Source: Victivallales bacterium (GTDB taxonomy: Bacteria > Verrucomicrobiota > Lentisphaeria > Victivallales > UBA1829). Taken from it: a stretch of 64,000 nt of DNA. The DNA lies in the NCBI GenBank assembly GCA_045589595.1, contig JAZNPK010000010.1, forward strand, positions 66,190 to 130,189. The letters run 5' to 3'. This document shows positions 9,609 to 19,538 of this stretch, one piece after another. The notes beneath the pieces are model-generated. The model saw only the letters and a program-made list of their open reading frames with translations. It made no database searches and had not been told where the DNA came from. The number at the start of each line of letters is the position of its first letter. Position 1 is the first letter of the stretch. The position numbers were made by a program, and so were the translations under genes.

Positions 9609-10477
9609 TTCTGATCTCCCGTGTTGGAAATATTCAGGGCTTTGCCCACACATTCACGGATGAACTGATCCGGTGTGATGCCGCGCTCCGCACAGATTTT
9701 TTCCAGTTTTTCGATCTGGGGCGTATTGAGCGTGATCAGTTGGCTTTTGCAGGGGATGTAGCGCCATGTGTTTTCTTCTGTCTTTCTGATCTGTTCTTCC
9801 GTGACGCCGAACGCCCGGAGGATGCCGCGCGCCATCATCTTGTTGCCATCCACCCCCATGTGGGTGCCGTCACTGGTCAGGATATATCCGCGGCGGTCCG
9901 GTTCTTTCGCCTTGACTTCGGTAATGATCTTTATCATATCCGCGCTCAAGTCGGCAAGGAGATAACCCCGTTCCTTTGCGATCTGACGGAGCCAGTTATT
10001 GTACGGGATCATATTTTTATTGAATTCGCCATTGACATTTTCCGTGATCATGGTGGCGGTGAGGATCATGACCTTGATCCCGGCTTTGTCCACTTTGTCC
10101 AGAAGTTCAGTGATCTCTATTTTGAATTTATCCAGCGGGACGCCCCGTTTGCCGTGCCAGACATCGTTGACGCCGCAGCTCAATGTCATCCACGCGGGAC
10201 CTTTTGCGATCACATCCCGTTGGACTCTGCCGTTCATGTTGATGGATTTGTGTCCGGATACACCGGCGGGGATGGGGGTGACATTCACGCCCGCATCTTT
10301 CAAACCGGAAACGACCAGATGCAGGTAGCCGTAGGGATTTGACCAGCCGCCATAAGTGATACTGTCGCCGAGAAACGCAATACTGTCGCCATTTTTAATG
10401 GGCAGTTCCGCCGCGCTGACCGCACATGCCGCTGTCAGAAAAAGGAGCGTGGCGGAGAGAAAATTTCTGATTTTCAT
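9605..10477 (-). CDS. Secreted SGNH/GDSL hydrolase, paralogue 2
   Basis: Signal peptide, then block I FLGDSITYGG, block III SCGVND and block V SDGTHM. There is a 4-nt overlap with paralogue 1. Confidence 0.87.
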   Translation of the reverse strand: MKIRNFLSATLLFLTAACAVSAAELPIKNGDSIAFLGDSITYGGWSNPYGYLHLVVSGLKDAGVNVTPIPAGVSGHKSINMNGRVQRDVIAKGPAWMTLSCGVNDVWHGKRGVPLDKFKIEITELLDKVDKAGIKVMILTATMITENVNGEFNKNMIPYNNWLRQIAKERGYLLADLSADMIKIITEVKAKEPDRRGYILTSDGTHMGVDGNKMMARGILRAFGVTEEQIRKTEENTWRYIPCKSQLITLNTPQIEKLEKICAERGITPDQFIRECVGKALNISNTGDQK

Positions 10478-10498
10478 GATCCGTTTTTCCTGTTGATG

Positions 10499-11356
10499 TT
10501 ATTTGTTGATTTTCAGTTCTTTCAGTACACATTCGCGGATGAAGTCGGCAGCTGTGATCCCTCTTTCATTGCAGAGCTTTTCCATTGCCTGCAGTTCAAG
10601 ATTGCTCAAATGGACTTTGTTTTCCGCCGCGGGGAGATGATCCCAGACATTGCGCCGGACTTTTTCGATCCGTTCCCCGCTCACGCCCAGAGCGCGCAGA
10701 AGACCCGTTGCCATCATCTGATCGCCCAGATGATTCATGTGGACGCCGTCGCGGGTGTAGATGCGGCGCGGAGTCCCGTTTTTCTCCGCTTCTTCTTTTG
10801 CCGCAGTGACAGTGCGGATCATTTCCGCGTGCAGGTCCGCCAGAGGCAGATCCCGTTCTTTCGCAAATGCCCGGAGCCAATCGCAGTACAGCCCCAGTTT
10901 TTTGTTGTGTCCGTATGCCGGATTTTCCGTGATCATCGTGGGGGTGAGGATGATGACTTTGATCCCGGCAGCTTCACATTCATCCACAATGGCAGTCACT
11001 TCTTTCTTGTATTCGTCCAGCCCGACGCCCTTCGTATGCCAGACATCGTTGACGCCGCAGCTCAATGTCATCCACACGGGCTTTTTGGAAATGACGCTGC
11101 GTTTCAGGCGTGCGTGCATATCGGTTGATTTGTTTGCGGAAACACCGGCAGGTATGACCGAGATGTTGATCCCTGCATCTTTCAGCGCTTCCACCGTAAG
11201 CCGGATGTAGCCGCCCGGTCTGCTCCAGCCGTAGTTTGTAATGCTGTCGCCCATAAAAGCAACGCTGTCACCATCTTTGAAGAGGATTTTTTCTCCGGCA
11301 GCCAGCGGCAGAAGAAGCGCGCTGCACAGAACGACGGCAATTTTTTTCAACAACAT
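10499..11356 (-). CDS. Secreted SGNH/GDSL hydrolase, paralogue 3
   Basis: Signal peptide, then block I FMGDSITNYG, block III SCGVND and block V RDGVHMN. Confidence 0.87.
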   Translation of the reverse strand: MLLKKIAVVLCSALLLPLAAGEKILFKDGDSVAFMGDSITNYGWSRPGGYIRLTVEALKDAGINISVIPAGVSANKSTDMHARLKRSVISKKPVWMTLSCGVNDVWHTKGVGLDEYKKEVTAIVDECEAAGIKVIILTPTMITENPAYGHNKKLGLYCDWLRAFAKERDLPLADLHAEMIRTVTAAKEEAEKNGTPRRIYTRDGVHMNHLGDQMMATGLLRALGVSGERIEKVRRNVWDHLPAAENKVHLSNLELQAMEKLCNERGITAADFIRECVLKELKINK

Positions 11357-11565
11357 ATTCAGTCCTTTCTGATCGTTTTGTCATTGTGATGGGAGATTAT
11401 ACCACACTTTCCGTAATATTTCAACATAATAAAAGAAAATTCAGCGCATTTTCAAACTTCGTATCACAAATCTTCTTTTGCGGCTTGACAAATAAACAAA
11501 TGAGCGGTAGATTTAACGCAAATATATCAGAATAATAAAACAACCTGCAGAAGGAGAACCCCCAG

Positions 11566-13503
11566 ATGAACCTGAAAAAAATGTTCCTGACCTGTCTTGC
11601 CATCGGGACCGCGTTGACCGGAGCCGCCGGACAAAATGCGCCCGATGTGCCGGAAAATACCAAGATCGTCAAAGCCGCATTCGGCGATGCCCCGGCTGAA
11701 GTGCGGTCCGATTTTTATTCCATCCCGGAAGGAAAAGCCGTTCCGCCCAGTTCCTTTTCGGCGAAATGCGACATGACGGGCATCACGTTCTCCATCCGGT
11801 TTGCTTCTGCAGACGGATCCCCGATCCCGGATACCCGCAACGCCCTTGAATTTTATTTTCAGCCCATGGAACTGGAACATCCCCTGCAGTATTATCAGTT
11901 CTACGGTATTCTGCGCAACGAAGCGCCCTGTCCGGAATCGATCCGCGGCAGTCTGACGGATCTCGGGATCCCGTGGAATCCCAGCCGCGATATCGCGCCC
12001 TGTTACTACTATTATCAGGCTCCGCCGGAACAGTTTCCCTATCTGCGTCATTATCAGGTGCAGACGGTCTATCAGAAAGATGCAGTGGATATAACCATCT
12101 TTATTCCGTGGTGCGAATTTGTGACCGTTCTTCCCTTTGATGAAAACGGGAAAGGCAAAGCGTGGCGGTTCAATGTTGCCCGCGCTATCGGGAACGACCT
12201 CTTCACGTGGCAGGGAAATCTCCACAGACACAAAACATGGGGTTTGCTCCAGTTCCCCGATCTGACCGCGGATCAGGTCAAGGCTCTGTACCGGAACGCC
12301 ATTCTGCAGATCTGTGATGCCGGACCGTGGCTGCCGCGCTGGAACTTCAAACGGAGTTCCATTCCCGCCGGCAGAGAAAAACTTTCCGCCGAACTCAAAC
12401 AGCGCAAAGCACAGATCCCCGCCGATCCCGCCGCCCTTTCTGTGAAGGAATGGAAAGATCTTGCCGTGGATACCCGTTATGTGGCAGGCGGCAGACGACA
12501 TATCGTCAGCTGGAACAGCCGGGAGAAAGAACCGGAAAAATCCGGCTGGACAAAGTCTTACAACAAGGCGGAAAAGAAACTCACCTGGACTTATACTTTC
12601 ACCAAACCGGTCACAAACGGCTGGTTCTCCGATGTGGAACTGCACGCACACCGGAACAAAGAAGTCGGCGCTGTTGAGATCGAACTGGATGGAAAGAAAG
12701 CCCCTGCCGGTGCGCGGCATTGGCAGTTCGGTGCGGCAAAAGCCGGTTCTGTTCTCCGGATCACTTACTCCAATACGGTATCGAACGGTATCGGTGATAT
12801 CTGCGACCTTTACGGCGGTCTGCTCCCGGTGGATCCCTCAATCAGAGATTCCAGAACGGCGCTTGAACCTCTCCCGACACGCGGCGGCGGTATCCCGACT
12901 CCGGCGTTTATCTGTCATCATACAGAAAACAGTCTGACGATCCTGCGGAAACGCCCCAAAGTCATCTGGTACGGCGGCGCGATGCTGAACGGATTGGGGT
13001 TCCGTAAATCTCTGATCGAATTTGATAAAAAATACGGTTCCATCAACTGCGGCACTGTGAATGACGGCGGACAGCAGCGCAAGACCCTCTGGCGTATCGG
13101 CAACAGCGTGATCGATGAGGTCAAACCGGAATATATCGTGTTCCAGACCGATGTGTCGAAAGGCGCCGTTCCCGTTGTGGAAGAGATCTTCAAACTGATC
13201 CACAAGATGAGCCCCGATACAAAGATCATCGCCATTTCCTGTATGCCGGGCAAACGCAACGCTGCCATCCGCAAGCCGGATGAAGAATATATCGTCTTCA
13301 ATGAAGAAATGAAAGCCGTTGCCGGAAAACTCAAGGACTATGTGCGCTATATCGATCTCTCCGGAGATTTCTACGATAAGGACGGCAGACTGAAAACCGA
13401 ACTGATCGCGACACACTCCATCTATTACGCCGATTGCATCTATCAGCACTGGTGCGACGCCGTTGCTGAGATCATCGAGAGCGACAGAAAAAACGCGAAG
13501 TAA
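11566..13503 (+). CDS. Secreted 645-aa protein with an unassigned N-terminal region and an SGNH-like C-terminal region
   Basis: Signal peptide MNLKKMFLTCLAIGTALTGAAGQ. The C-terminal ~200 aa resembles an SGNH/PAF-acetylhydrolase-like fold (EYIVFQTDVSKG..., IIAISCMPG). I find YGGAML where a GDS block would be expected, so activity is uncertain. Confidence 0.65.
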   Translation: MNLKKMFLTCLAIGTALTGAAGQNAPDVPENTKIVKAAFGDAPAEVRSDFYSIPEGKAVPPSSFSAKCDMTGITFSIRFASADGSPIPDTRNALEFYFQPMELEHPLQYYQFYGILRNEAPCPESIRGSLTDLGIPWNPSRDIAPCYYYYQAPPEQFPYLRHYQVQTVYQKDAVDITIFIPWCEFVTVLPFDENGKGKAWRFNVARAIGNDLFTWQGNLHRHKTWGLLQFPDLTADQVKALYRNAILQICDAGPWLPRWNFKRSSIPAGREKLSAELKQRKAQIPADPAALSVKEWKDLAVDTRYVAGGRRHIVSWNSREKEPEKSGWTKSYNKAEKKLTWTYTFTKPVTNGWFSDVELHAHRNKEVGAVEIELDGKKAPAGARHWQFGAAKAGSVLRITYSNTVSNGIGDICDLYGGLLPVDPSIRDSRTALEPLPTRGGGIPTPAFICHHTENSLTILRKRPKVIWYGGAMLNGLGFRKSLIEFDKKYGSINCGTVNDGGQQRKTLWRIGNSVIDEVKPEYIVFQTDVSKGAVPVVEEIFKLIHKMSPDTKIIAISCMPGKRNAAIRKPDEEYIVFNEEMKAVAGKLKDYVRYIDLSGDFYDKDGRLKTELIATHSIYYADCIYQHWCDAVAEIIESDRKNAK

Positions 13504-13509
13504 AAACGC

Positions 13510-15492
13510 TTACTTTTCCTGCCGGAAACAGTGAACGACTGTGCATCCGGCAGGATAGACTGTTTCTGTGCCGCTGCAGCGGATCACCGTTCTTTCCCGG
13601 TCCGCGATCACATCAAAAACGTGTCCGAAAGCGTGGATGTTCCGGAGGCTGATCTCCGGACATTCCGCCGGGATCCGCGGTGTAACCTTGAAGGAACGGA
13701 AGGACATCGGTTCCAGTCCGAAAAGTCCTTCTGTAATGATCCGGCAGAAAAGGGCACTCTCTGCTGAAAGATGCCGTTTGTTGCCTTCCGGCCATGCTTC
13801 GATCGGGTAGGGGACGTGATCCCCCAGCAGACGGTGACAGGTGTACGACATCAGTTTTTCAAAAGTTTCGTCCACATTTCCGGCAATGAATGCGCCGCGC
13901 AATGCGTAAAGCAGACTGCGGTCCCAGTAAGTGGCGGCACCTTCTTCGCACATCATCCCGTCATTTGCCCAGAGATATTCCGAGTAAAGCGCCGCGACCG
14001 TATCATCCGCCCGGTTCAACAACCCCATGCAGAGCGGGATCCCGATCCACGACCGGAGCGTGGAGTTCCCCTCATAATAACGGTATGTGTTGAAGCCGTG
14101 CAGCTCCGCGCCGAAATACTGTTCCATATCTTCCGCCAGCTGTTGAGCCTGTTCACGGTACCGGATCACAACTTCCGGATCGGCGTTGAGTGATTCCGCC
14201 AGACGGGACGCGGAACAGAGCGCACCGTAATACAATGCCGATGTACAGAGATTGGCGGTCCCGCTCTGGAATCTGCCTTCCATTTCATCGGTATCGGAAC
14301 GGACAACACCCGCTTCGTTCCGGTTTCTGCGACAGTATTCCAGGCACCATTCCACTCCGGGAGCCAGTTTCAGCGCCCATTCCGGATTGCCGCATGTCAG
14401 GGCAAAACGGGATGCGCCGTACGCCCACATCGCGGCATCGCCCCGGTCTTTCGCCCCCTCCCAGATATCGAAACCTTCCGAGATCACAGAACTGGGAATA
14501 TGATAAAAATCCGGTCCCATAAAGGGCATGTAATGGTGATACGCGTTGCGGGATGCTTCCAGCACCAGCGCGTCACCGGTCCACGCGAACCACGGTCCGG
14601 CATATTCCACCTGATCGTTGCACCAGGTGGCGGCGTAATAACTTTCTCCGCCCGGACCGTGCATATAACCGCCGCGGGTCCGAAAAATACTTTCCCCGGC
14701 ACGGAGTTTGCAGAAATGAAATGCCGTATCCAGTTCAGCGATACCGGTTTCCAGTTGGATCGGCGCTGTCAGTTCCCGGATGCGTTCGAGCCGGTTGAGA
14801 TATTCCGCAACGCTGTCGAGGCGTTTTTTTTCCACATCGGCAGTTCTTGCTGTGATCTGCAGATACAGATCCGCTTTGGCATGCGGTGCGAGTTCAAGCG
14901 CATCTTCACCCATATCGCAATCGACAAGATACACGCCTCTGGCGCCGCGGCTGATCAGTTCGGTGTGATTGTTGCGGACTGTGATCCGGACCGGTTCTTC
15001 TCCCTCATTGGTAAGAATGAACCAGATGAAAGACGCCGGTGCATCGTTGGATGGATAAATGATGCGATCCACACGCAGTCCCGGCACATCGCTGCGGCTG
15101 TTGATCCGCATGATGCCGTTGAACATCACTTCTTCCGGATACTCCACAAGCGCCTTGTCATCGACTTCAAAATATGGCAGATAACCAGTGGGGCGTCCGC
15201 CTGATGAGACCGTTTTGCCGTCTTCCGGCGGGACTCCTGTTTTCAGGTTGGCCTGAAACGATGCGTGGGTCATATTCGGGATCAGACGCAGCATGGGGAA
15301 AACACAATGCAGTTCCTGAAATCCCGATCCGTCGCTGTTCACGCCGTAATAAATAACGAGCGCAGTTTCCTTCCCTGCCGTTTCCACATGATCGCTGTGA
15401 GGGATCGGCGTTTTGCCGACCTGCCAGCGGATCCCTTTGCCGTCATCGGTGATATGCCAGTAACGGTCTGTGTACCATTTTTCTTTATCCAT
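13510..15492 (-). CDS. Hypothetical 660-aa protein, possibly an (alpha/alpha)6-type glycoside hydrolase
   Basis: Long ORF in the glycan locus. The Trp/Tyr-rich C-terminal half (YYAATWCNDQVEYAGPWFAWTGD...) is reminiscent of six-hairpin glycosidases. The family was not recognised with confidence. Confidence 0.6.
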   Translation of the reverse strand: MDKEKWYTDRYWHITDDGKGIRWQVGKTPIPHSDHVETAGKETALVIYYGVNSDGSGFQELHCVFPMLRLIPNMTHASFQANLKTGVPPEDGKTVSSGGRPTGYLPYFEVDDKALVEYPEEVMFNGIMRINSRSDVPGLRVDRIIYPSNDAPASFIWFILTNEGEEPVRITVRNNHTELISRGARGVYLVDCDMGEDALELAPHAKADLYLQITARTADVEKKRLDSVAEYLNRLERIRELTAPIQLETGIAELDTAFHFCKLRAGESIFRTRGGYMHGPGGESYYAATWCNDQVEYAGPWFAWTGDALVLEASRNAYHHYMPFMGPDFYHIPSSVISEGFDIWEGAKDRGDAAMWAYGASRFALTCGNPEWALKLAPGVEWCLEYCRRNRNEAGVVRSDTDEMEGRFQSGTANLCTSALYYGALCSASRLAESLNADPEVVIRYREQAQQLAEDMEQYFGAELHGFNTYRYYEGNSTLRSWIGIPLCMGLLNRADDTVAALYSEYLWANDGMMCEEGAATYWDRSLLYALRGAFIAGNVDETFEKLMSYTCHRLLGDHVPYPIEAWPEGNKRHLSAESALFCRIITEGLFGLEPMSFRSFKVTPRIPAECPEISLRNIHAFGHVFDVIADRERTVIRCSGTETVYPAGCTVVHCFRQEK

Positions 15493-15496
15493 CGGA

Positions 15497-16801
15497 TCAC
15501 TTGACGGTCAGGAGCGTAATGGAATAGGGGTTCAGGCTGCCGGTAAAATTACAGAGTCCGTAGTTGTAAGCTTCGTCTGTCAGACGGCAGGATGTGATTT
15601 CTTTTCCGCCGAGATCAAGATCCAGTTCCACTGTTTCGTTGCTGTAATTTACGATCATAACAGCGCCTTCCGGATCGCCGTCAGCGGCAGCAACAAACAG
15701 ATCTTCCGTATCAGAAATCGCTTCCACCTGCACTTTGCGGCGGTAAAGTTCATTGAAGGCGGGGAACGCCCAATAGGATTTCAGCGGGAGCTGCGACATC
15801 GGATCGAAGAGACCGCCGTAAATACTGGTGCCGATGCGTGCATCGTAGAACATCCCGATATCCACGGGCGAGTTCTGCATGGAGAGAATGAATCCTGCCG
15901 TTGCCGCCGCGTGACATGCCGTGCCGCGTTTTGCGGGCATACAGTTCCATTCATTCAGGTGCTGTTCTGCGTGACCGTAGCCGTATTCTTTCAGTTTTTC
16001 CGCCACATAATTGGCGTAAAGCCCCGTCTGTTTCGGTTCATCGTAAGAGTGCCAGGAGAAGAAATCCAGCGGCGTGTTGTGGTCTTTGATATACTGCATG
16101 AACTTGAGGAAGGCATCCAGAAAACTCTGATCTTTCTCAAGCCTTTTGATGTTTGTATCGTTCACCGGTCCATGATCTTTCAGGATGTAGAAGCCGCAGG
16201 ACGCGTAACCGCCGATCATGATCTCCGGAAATTCTTCTTTCAGAAGTTTTGCTGTAACATCGTAAAGTTCCATATACTGTTCCCACGTGCCGGTCCACAT
16301 GCACCGTCTGCCGTATTCACATTCCGGCTCGTTCCAGATTTCCCAGTATTTGATATTGTAATGATAACCGTTCGCCCAGCCTTTTGTGTAGTGGCGGATC
16401 ACTCCGGCACAGATCTTTGCCCATTTGTGGAAATCTTTGGGGGGATTGACATGGTATGCTTTCCGCCAGACTTCGTTTTCAATGGTCACGCCCAGACGGA
16501 AATAAGGTTCAACTTTCGCCTTGAAAAGACTTTCGATCAGGGGATCGGTCCAGGTGAAATCGTAAGATTCAGGATCGTCCGGGTCTGCATCAAAATTACG
16601 GAAAACATTGGGGATATCCACAAATTTTCCGCCGCCGAAGCCGCCGCCCACATCGTGCAGACGGGAGTAGGGAATACCCGCTTCCGTGAGATAGTGGAAC
16701 AGTTTATCGCTTGTCCAGCCGAGGATCGGGGGCTGACCGACAGCGTGAACGGGTTTGATTTTTCCGGTTGTTTTTGAGAAATCGACGGTGATTTTAGCCA
16801 T
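15497..16801 (-). CDS. Clan GH-A glycoside hydrolase (GH39-like)
   Basis: YWEIWNEPE acid/base motif and a later LNEWN candidate nucleophile region. The (beta/alpha)8-type length fits. No signal peptide. Confidence 0.75.
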   Translation of the reverse strand: MAKITVDFSKTTGKIKPVHAVGQPPILGWTSDKLFHYLTEAGIPYSRLHDVGGGFGGGKFVDIPNVFRNFDADPDDPESYDFTWTDPLIESLFKAKVEPYFRLGVTIENEVWRKAYHVNPPKDFHKWAKICAGVIRHYTKGWANGYHYNIKYWEIWNEPECEYGRRCMWTGTWEQYMELYDVTAKLLKEEFPEIMIGGYASCGFYILKDHGPVNDTNIKRLEKDQSFLDAFLKFMQYIKDHNTPLDFFSWHSYDEPKQTGLYANYVAEKLKEYGYGHAEQHLNEWNCMPAKRGTACHAAATAGFILSMQNSPVDIGMFYDARIGTSIYGGLFDPMSQLPLKSYWAFPAFNELYRRKVQVEAISDTEDLFVAAADGDPEGAVMIVNYSNETVELDLDLGGKEITSCRLTDEAYNYGLCNFTGSLNPYSITLLTVK

Positions 16802-17039
16802 GGCGTTTCATCCTTCATCTGTTAAAGTTGCAGGTCGCTGAATGTCACTATAATATCTCAACCGGAAAAAACAAGATGTAAAATCGCAGCGACACCCCGT
16901 TTTTTACAAAAATATTTTATTCCGGATTTGATTTGTGATGATGATTTTTTGCCGCTTTTTCTCCGGTTTGAGGTTGCTTTTCTATTCTGCTGTATTATGT
17001 TAAGAAAGTTTCCCACCAAAACGATACAGGAGTTCCTTT

Positions 17040-18386
17040 ATGATCTGTAACATTTGTGATTACGGTGCTGTTCCCGACGGCGTTACCATGAACACGGCAG
17101 CGATCCAGTCCGCCATTGATACCTGCGCTGAAAACGGCGGCGGAACGGTTCTTGTTCCTGCCGGACTTTTTATGACGGGCAGTCTTTTCCTCCGTTCCCA
17201 TGTGGAACTGCATCTCGCCCACGGCTCTGTCCTGAAAGCAAGTTCCGATCTGGCAGATTACAATGCTTTGGATGCCTATCCGCAGAATATGTCATCCGAA
17301 GCAGAACGCTGGAAGGGACATCATGTTGTGATGGGGATCGAGATTGAAGATGCCGCCATTACCGGTACCGGTTGTATTGACGGAAACGGTGTTGCATTTT
17401 TTGCGGAACTGCGTCCGGATTCCTATCGCGGCGAACTCTCGTGGCGCGACGGATACTGCAATGTGAAAGATAATGAGATCCGCCGTCCCGGACAGATGAT
17501 CGTTTTTGCGGAAAGCAAAAATATTGTGATTCAGGATGTATTCTTCCGTGATTCCACCTGCTGGACGATCCTGATCCACGGCTGTGAAGAAGTCCGGATC
17601 CGTGGCGTGAAAATCAAAAATCCCGGCTGGAATGCCAATACGGACGGGATCGATATTGACTGCAGCCGGAATGTGACCATCAGCGACTGTCTGATCGATA
17701 CGGGGGATGATGCACTGACGTTGCGCGGTTCGTTCCGCACGCTCAAGGATCAGACCCGGATCTGTGAAAATATTGCTGTTTCCAATTGCGTCTGCCATGC
17801 CAGAGCATGCGGTATCCGGATCGGCGTCGGGAACGGTACGATCCGCAATGCGGTCTTTTCCAATATCACTTTTGCCGGCAGCGGTGCGGGGATCCAGATC
17901 CAGAGCAGTTATTGGGCGCAGGGGAAGGGTGTGGATATTTCCAATCTGCGTTTCGTCAATATCAACTGCCGCGGCGCGGCGTATCCGGTGAATATCGGAC
18001 CGGGCATGGAAACCGCCACCGCACAAATCGAGGATATCGTTTTTTCACAATGCACATTTGAAGTGTTCTATCCTCTGACGCTTTCCGGGAATGCACAGAC
18101 GCGCCCGCGGAACATCCGTTTTGAAAATGTAGATTTCATCGTTGCCGATGCGCCTCATCCCTTCCGTGAATATCCCGCGCCGGAAATCTTTTTGCGTCTG
18201 TCCGCGGTGGACGATATTACATTCCGTGCGTCCCGCATCCATTGGAAAACGAAAGATCCGTGGTGGAAACAGACGCTTGCCGTTCAGGATGTGAACGATC
18301 TTGAGATCGCTCCCGACTGCCGTTTCCCCGAGCCGGAAAATCATACCGGAACACTGTCTTTGGATGAACGCCCTTTTGCCACCTGA
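17040..18386 (+). CDS. GH28-family glycoside hydrolase (polygalacturonase-like beta-helix)
   Basis: NTDGIDIDCSRNVTISDC and DTGDDALTL motifs typical of GH28. No signal peptide. Confidence 0.85.
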   Translation: MICNICDYGAVPDGVTMNTAAIQSAIDTCAENGGGTVLVPAGLFMTGSLFLRSHVELHLAHGSVLKASSDLADYNALDAYPQNMSSEAERWKGHHVVMGIEIEDAAITGTGCIDGNGVAFFAELRPDSYRGELSWRDGYCNVKDNEIRRPGQMIVFAESKNIVIQDVFFRDSTCWTILIHGCEEVRIRGVKIKNPGWNANTDGIDIDCSRNVTISDCLIDTGDDALTLRGSFRTLKDQTRICENIAVSNCVCHARACGIRIGVGNGTIRNAVFSNITFAGSGAGIQIQSSYWAQGKGVDISNLRFVNINCRGAAYPVNIGPGMETATAQIEDIVFSQCTFEVFYPLTLSGNAQTRPRNIRFENVDFIVADAPHPFREYPAPEIFLRLSAVDDITFRASRIHWKTKDPWWKQTLAVQDVNDLEIAPDCRFPEPENHTGTLSLDERPFAT

Positions 18387-18428
18387 TCGTTTGTCGCAGA
18401 GTTGCAATATAATGAAAGAAAACAGAAG

Positions 18429-19526
18429 ATGGATTCTGAAAAAGTTTTGAGATTGAGCGCAACGGAAGAACACAACCGCAATTCGGAAGGCTCTTTCGTC
18501 GAGTTGAAAGACGGCACGATTCTTTTTGCATATTCCCGCTACAGCAGCGAAGGGTGGAACGATCACGCCAAAGCAGATATCGTCCTGATCCGGTCGGAAG
18601 ACTTCGGCAGAACCTGGAGCGAACCGGAAGTGCTGGTGGAACGCCCCGCCGGTCCCGGCAACGTGATGAGCGTTTCTATGCTCCGTCTTCAAAGCGGCAG
18701 GATCTGTATGTGTTACGGAAAAAAACAATATATCGGAAATTGTATCGACGCCCGTCCCCTTCTGAAATATTCCGATGATGAAGGCAGGACTTGGAGCAAG
18801 CCGGAATATATCGTTGCCATGCCCGGATATTATGTGACGAACAACGACCGCCTGATCCAGTTGAAATCCGGCAGACTGCTCCTGCCGACTGCAAATCACC
18901 GTTGGGCAGGGGTGGATAATCAGCCGGACAATTTCACGATCGATCATCGCGCGGTGGATTATGTCTTTTACTCCGATGATGACGGCGTAACGTGGCACGA
19001 AGCGCCGGACTGGATCCTGCCCGGTACCGACAGCGGATACAGCGGACTTCAGGAGCCGGGCGTGATCGAACTGGAAAACGGAAATGTCATGCTCTGGGCG
19101 CGGACCGATCGGGGATGTCAATACAAAGCCTTTTCTTACGATGGCGGTATGAACTGGACAGGTGCCGTTCCCGCCCCGGAATTTCTCAGCGGCTGTTCCC
19201 CATTGAGCATGAAGCGGGACCCCGTGTCCGGTGACCTTGTGGCTGTCTGGAACGATCAGAAACCGCGCTACGGAATGAAACAGGATCCAAGCGTCATGGA
19301 AGCGTGGGCGTGGGACCGGACGCCTTATGTGATCGCATTCAGTTCCGATAACGGTGTGACGTGGACCGGACATCAGGCGTTTGAAACTGAGCCGGACAGC
19401 GGGTTCTGTTATTGTGCCATTCATTTCAACAGTGACGGATCATTTCTTCTGGCGTACTGCTCCGGCGGGCGCCGTTACGGCACAGGGATCCTGCAGGATA
19501 TCACGATCCGCCGCTGCACCCGATAA
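18429..19526 (+). CDS. BNR/Asp-box beta-propeller protein (sialidase-like)
   Basis: Five Asp-boxes: SEDFGRTW, SDDEGRTW, SDDDGVTW, SYDGGMNW and SSDNGVTW. I set the start at the first in-frame ATG (the ORF-track start at 18402 is TTG). No signal peptide and no obvious FRIP motif. Confidence 0.8.
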   Translation: MDSEKVLRLSATEEHNRNSEGSFVELKDGTILFAYSRYSSEGWNDHAKADIVLIRSEDFGRTWSEPEVLVERPAGPGNVMSVSMLRLQSGRICMCYGKKQYIGNCIDARPLLKYSDDEGRTWSKPEYIVAMPGYYVTNNDRLIQLKSGRLLLPTANHRWAGVDNQPDNFTIDHRAVDYVFYSDDDGVTWHEAPDWILPGTDSGYSGLQEPGVIELENGNVMLWARTDRGCQYKAFSYDGGMNWTGAVPAPEFLSGCSPLSMKRDPVSGDLVAVWNDQKPRYGMKQDPSVMEAWAWDRTPYVIAFSSDNGVTWTGHQAFETEPDSGFCYCAIHFNSDGSFLLAYCSGGRRYGTGILQDITIRRCTR

Positions 19527-19538
19527 GGAGTTTTCTTT

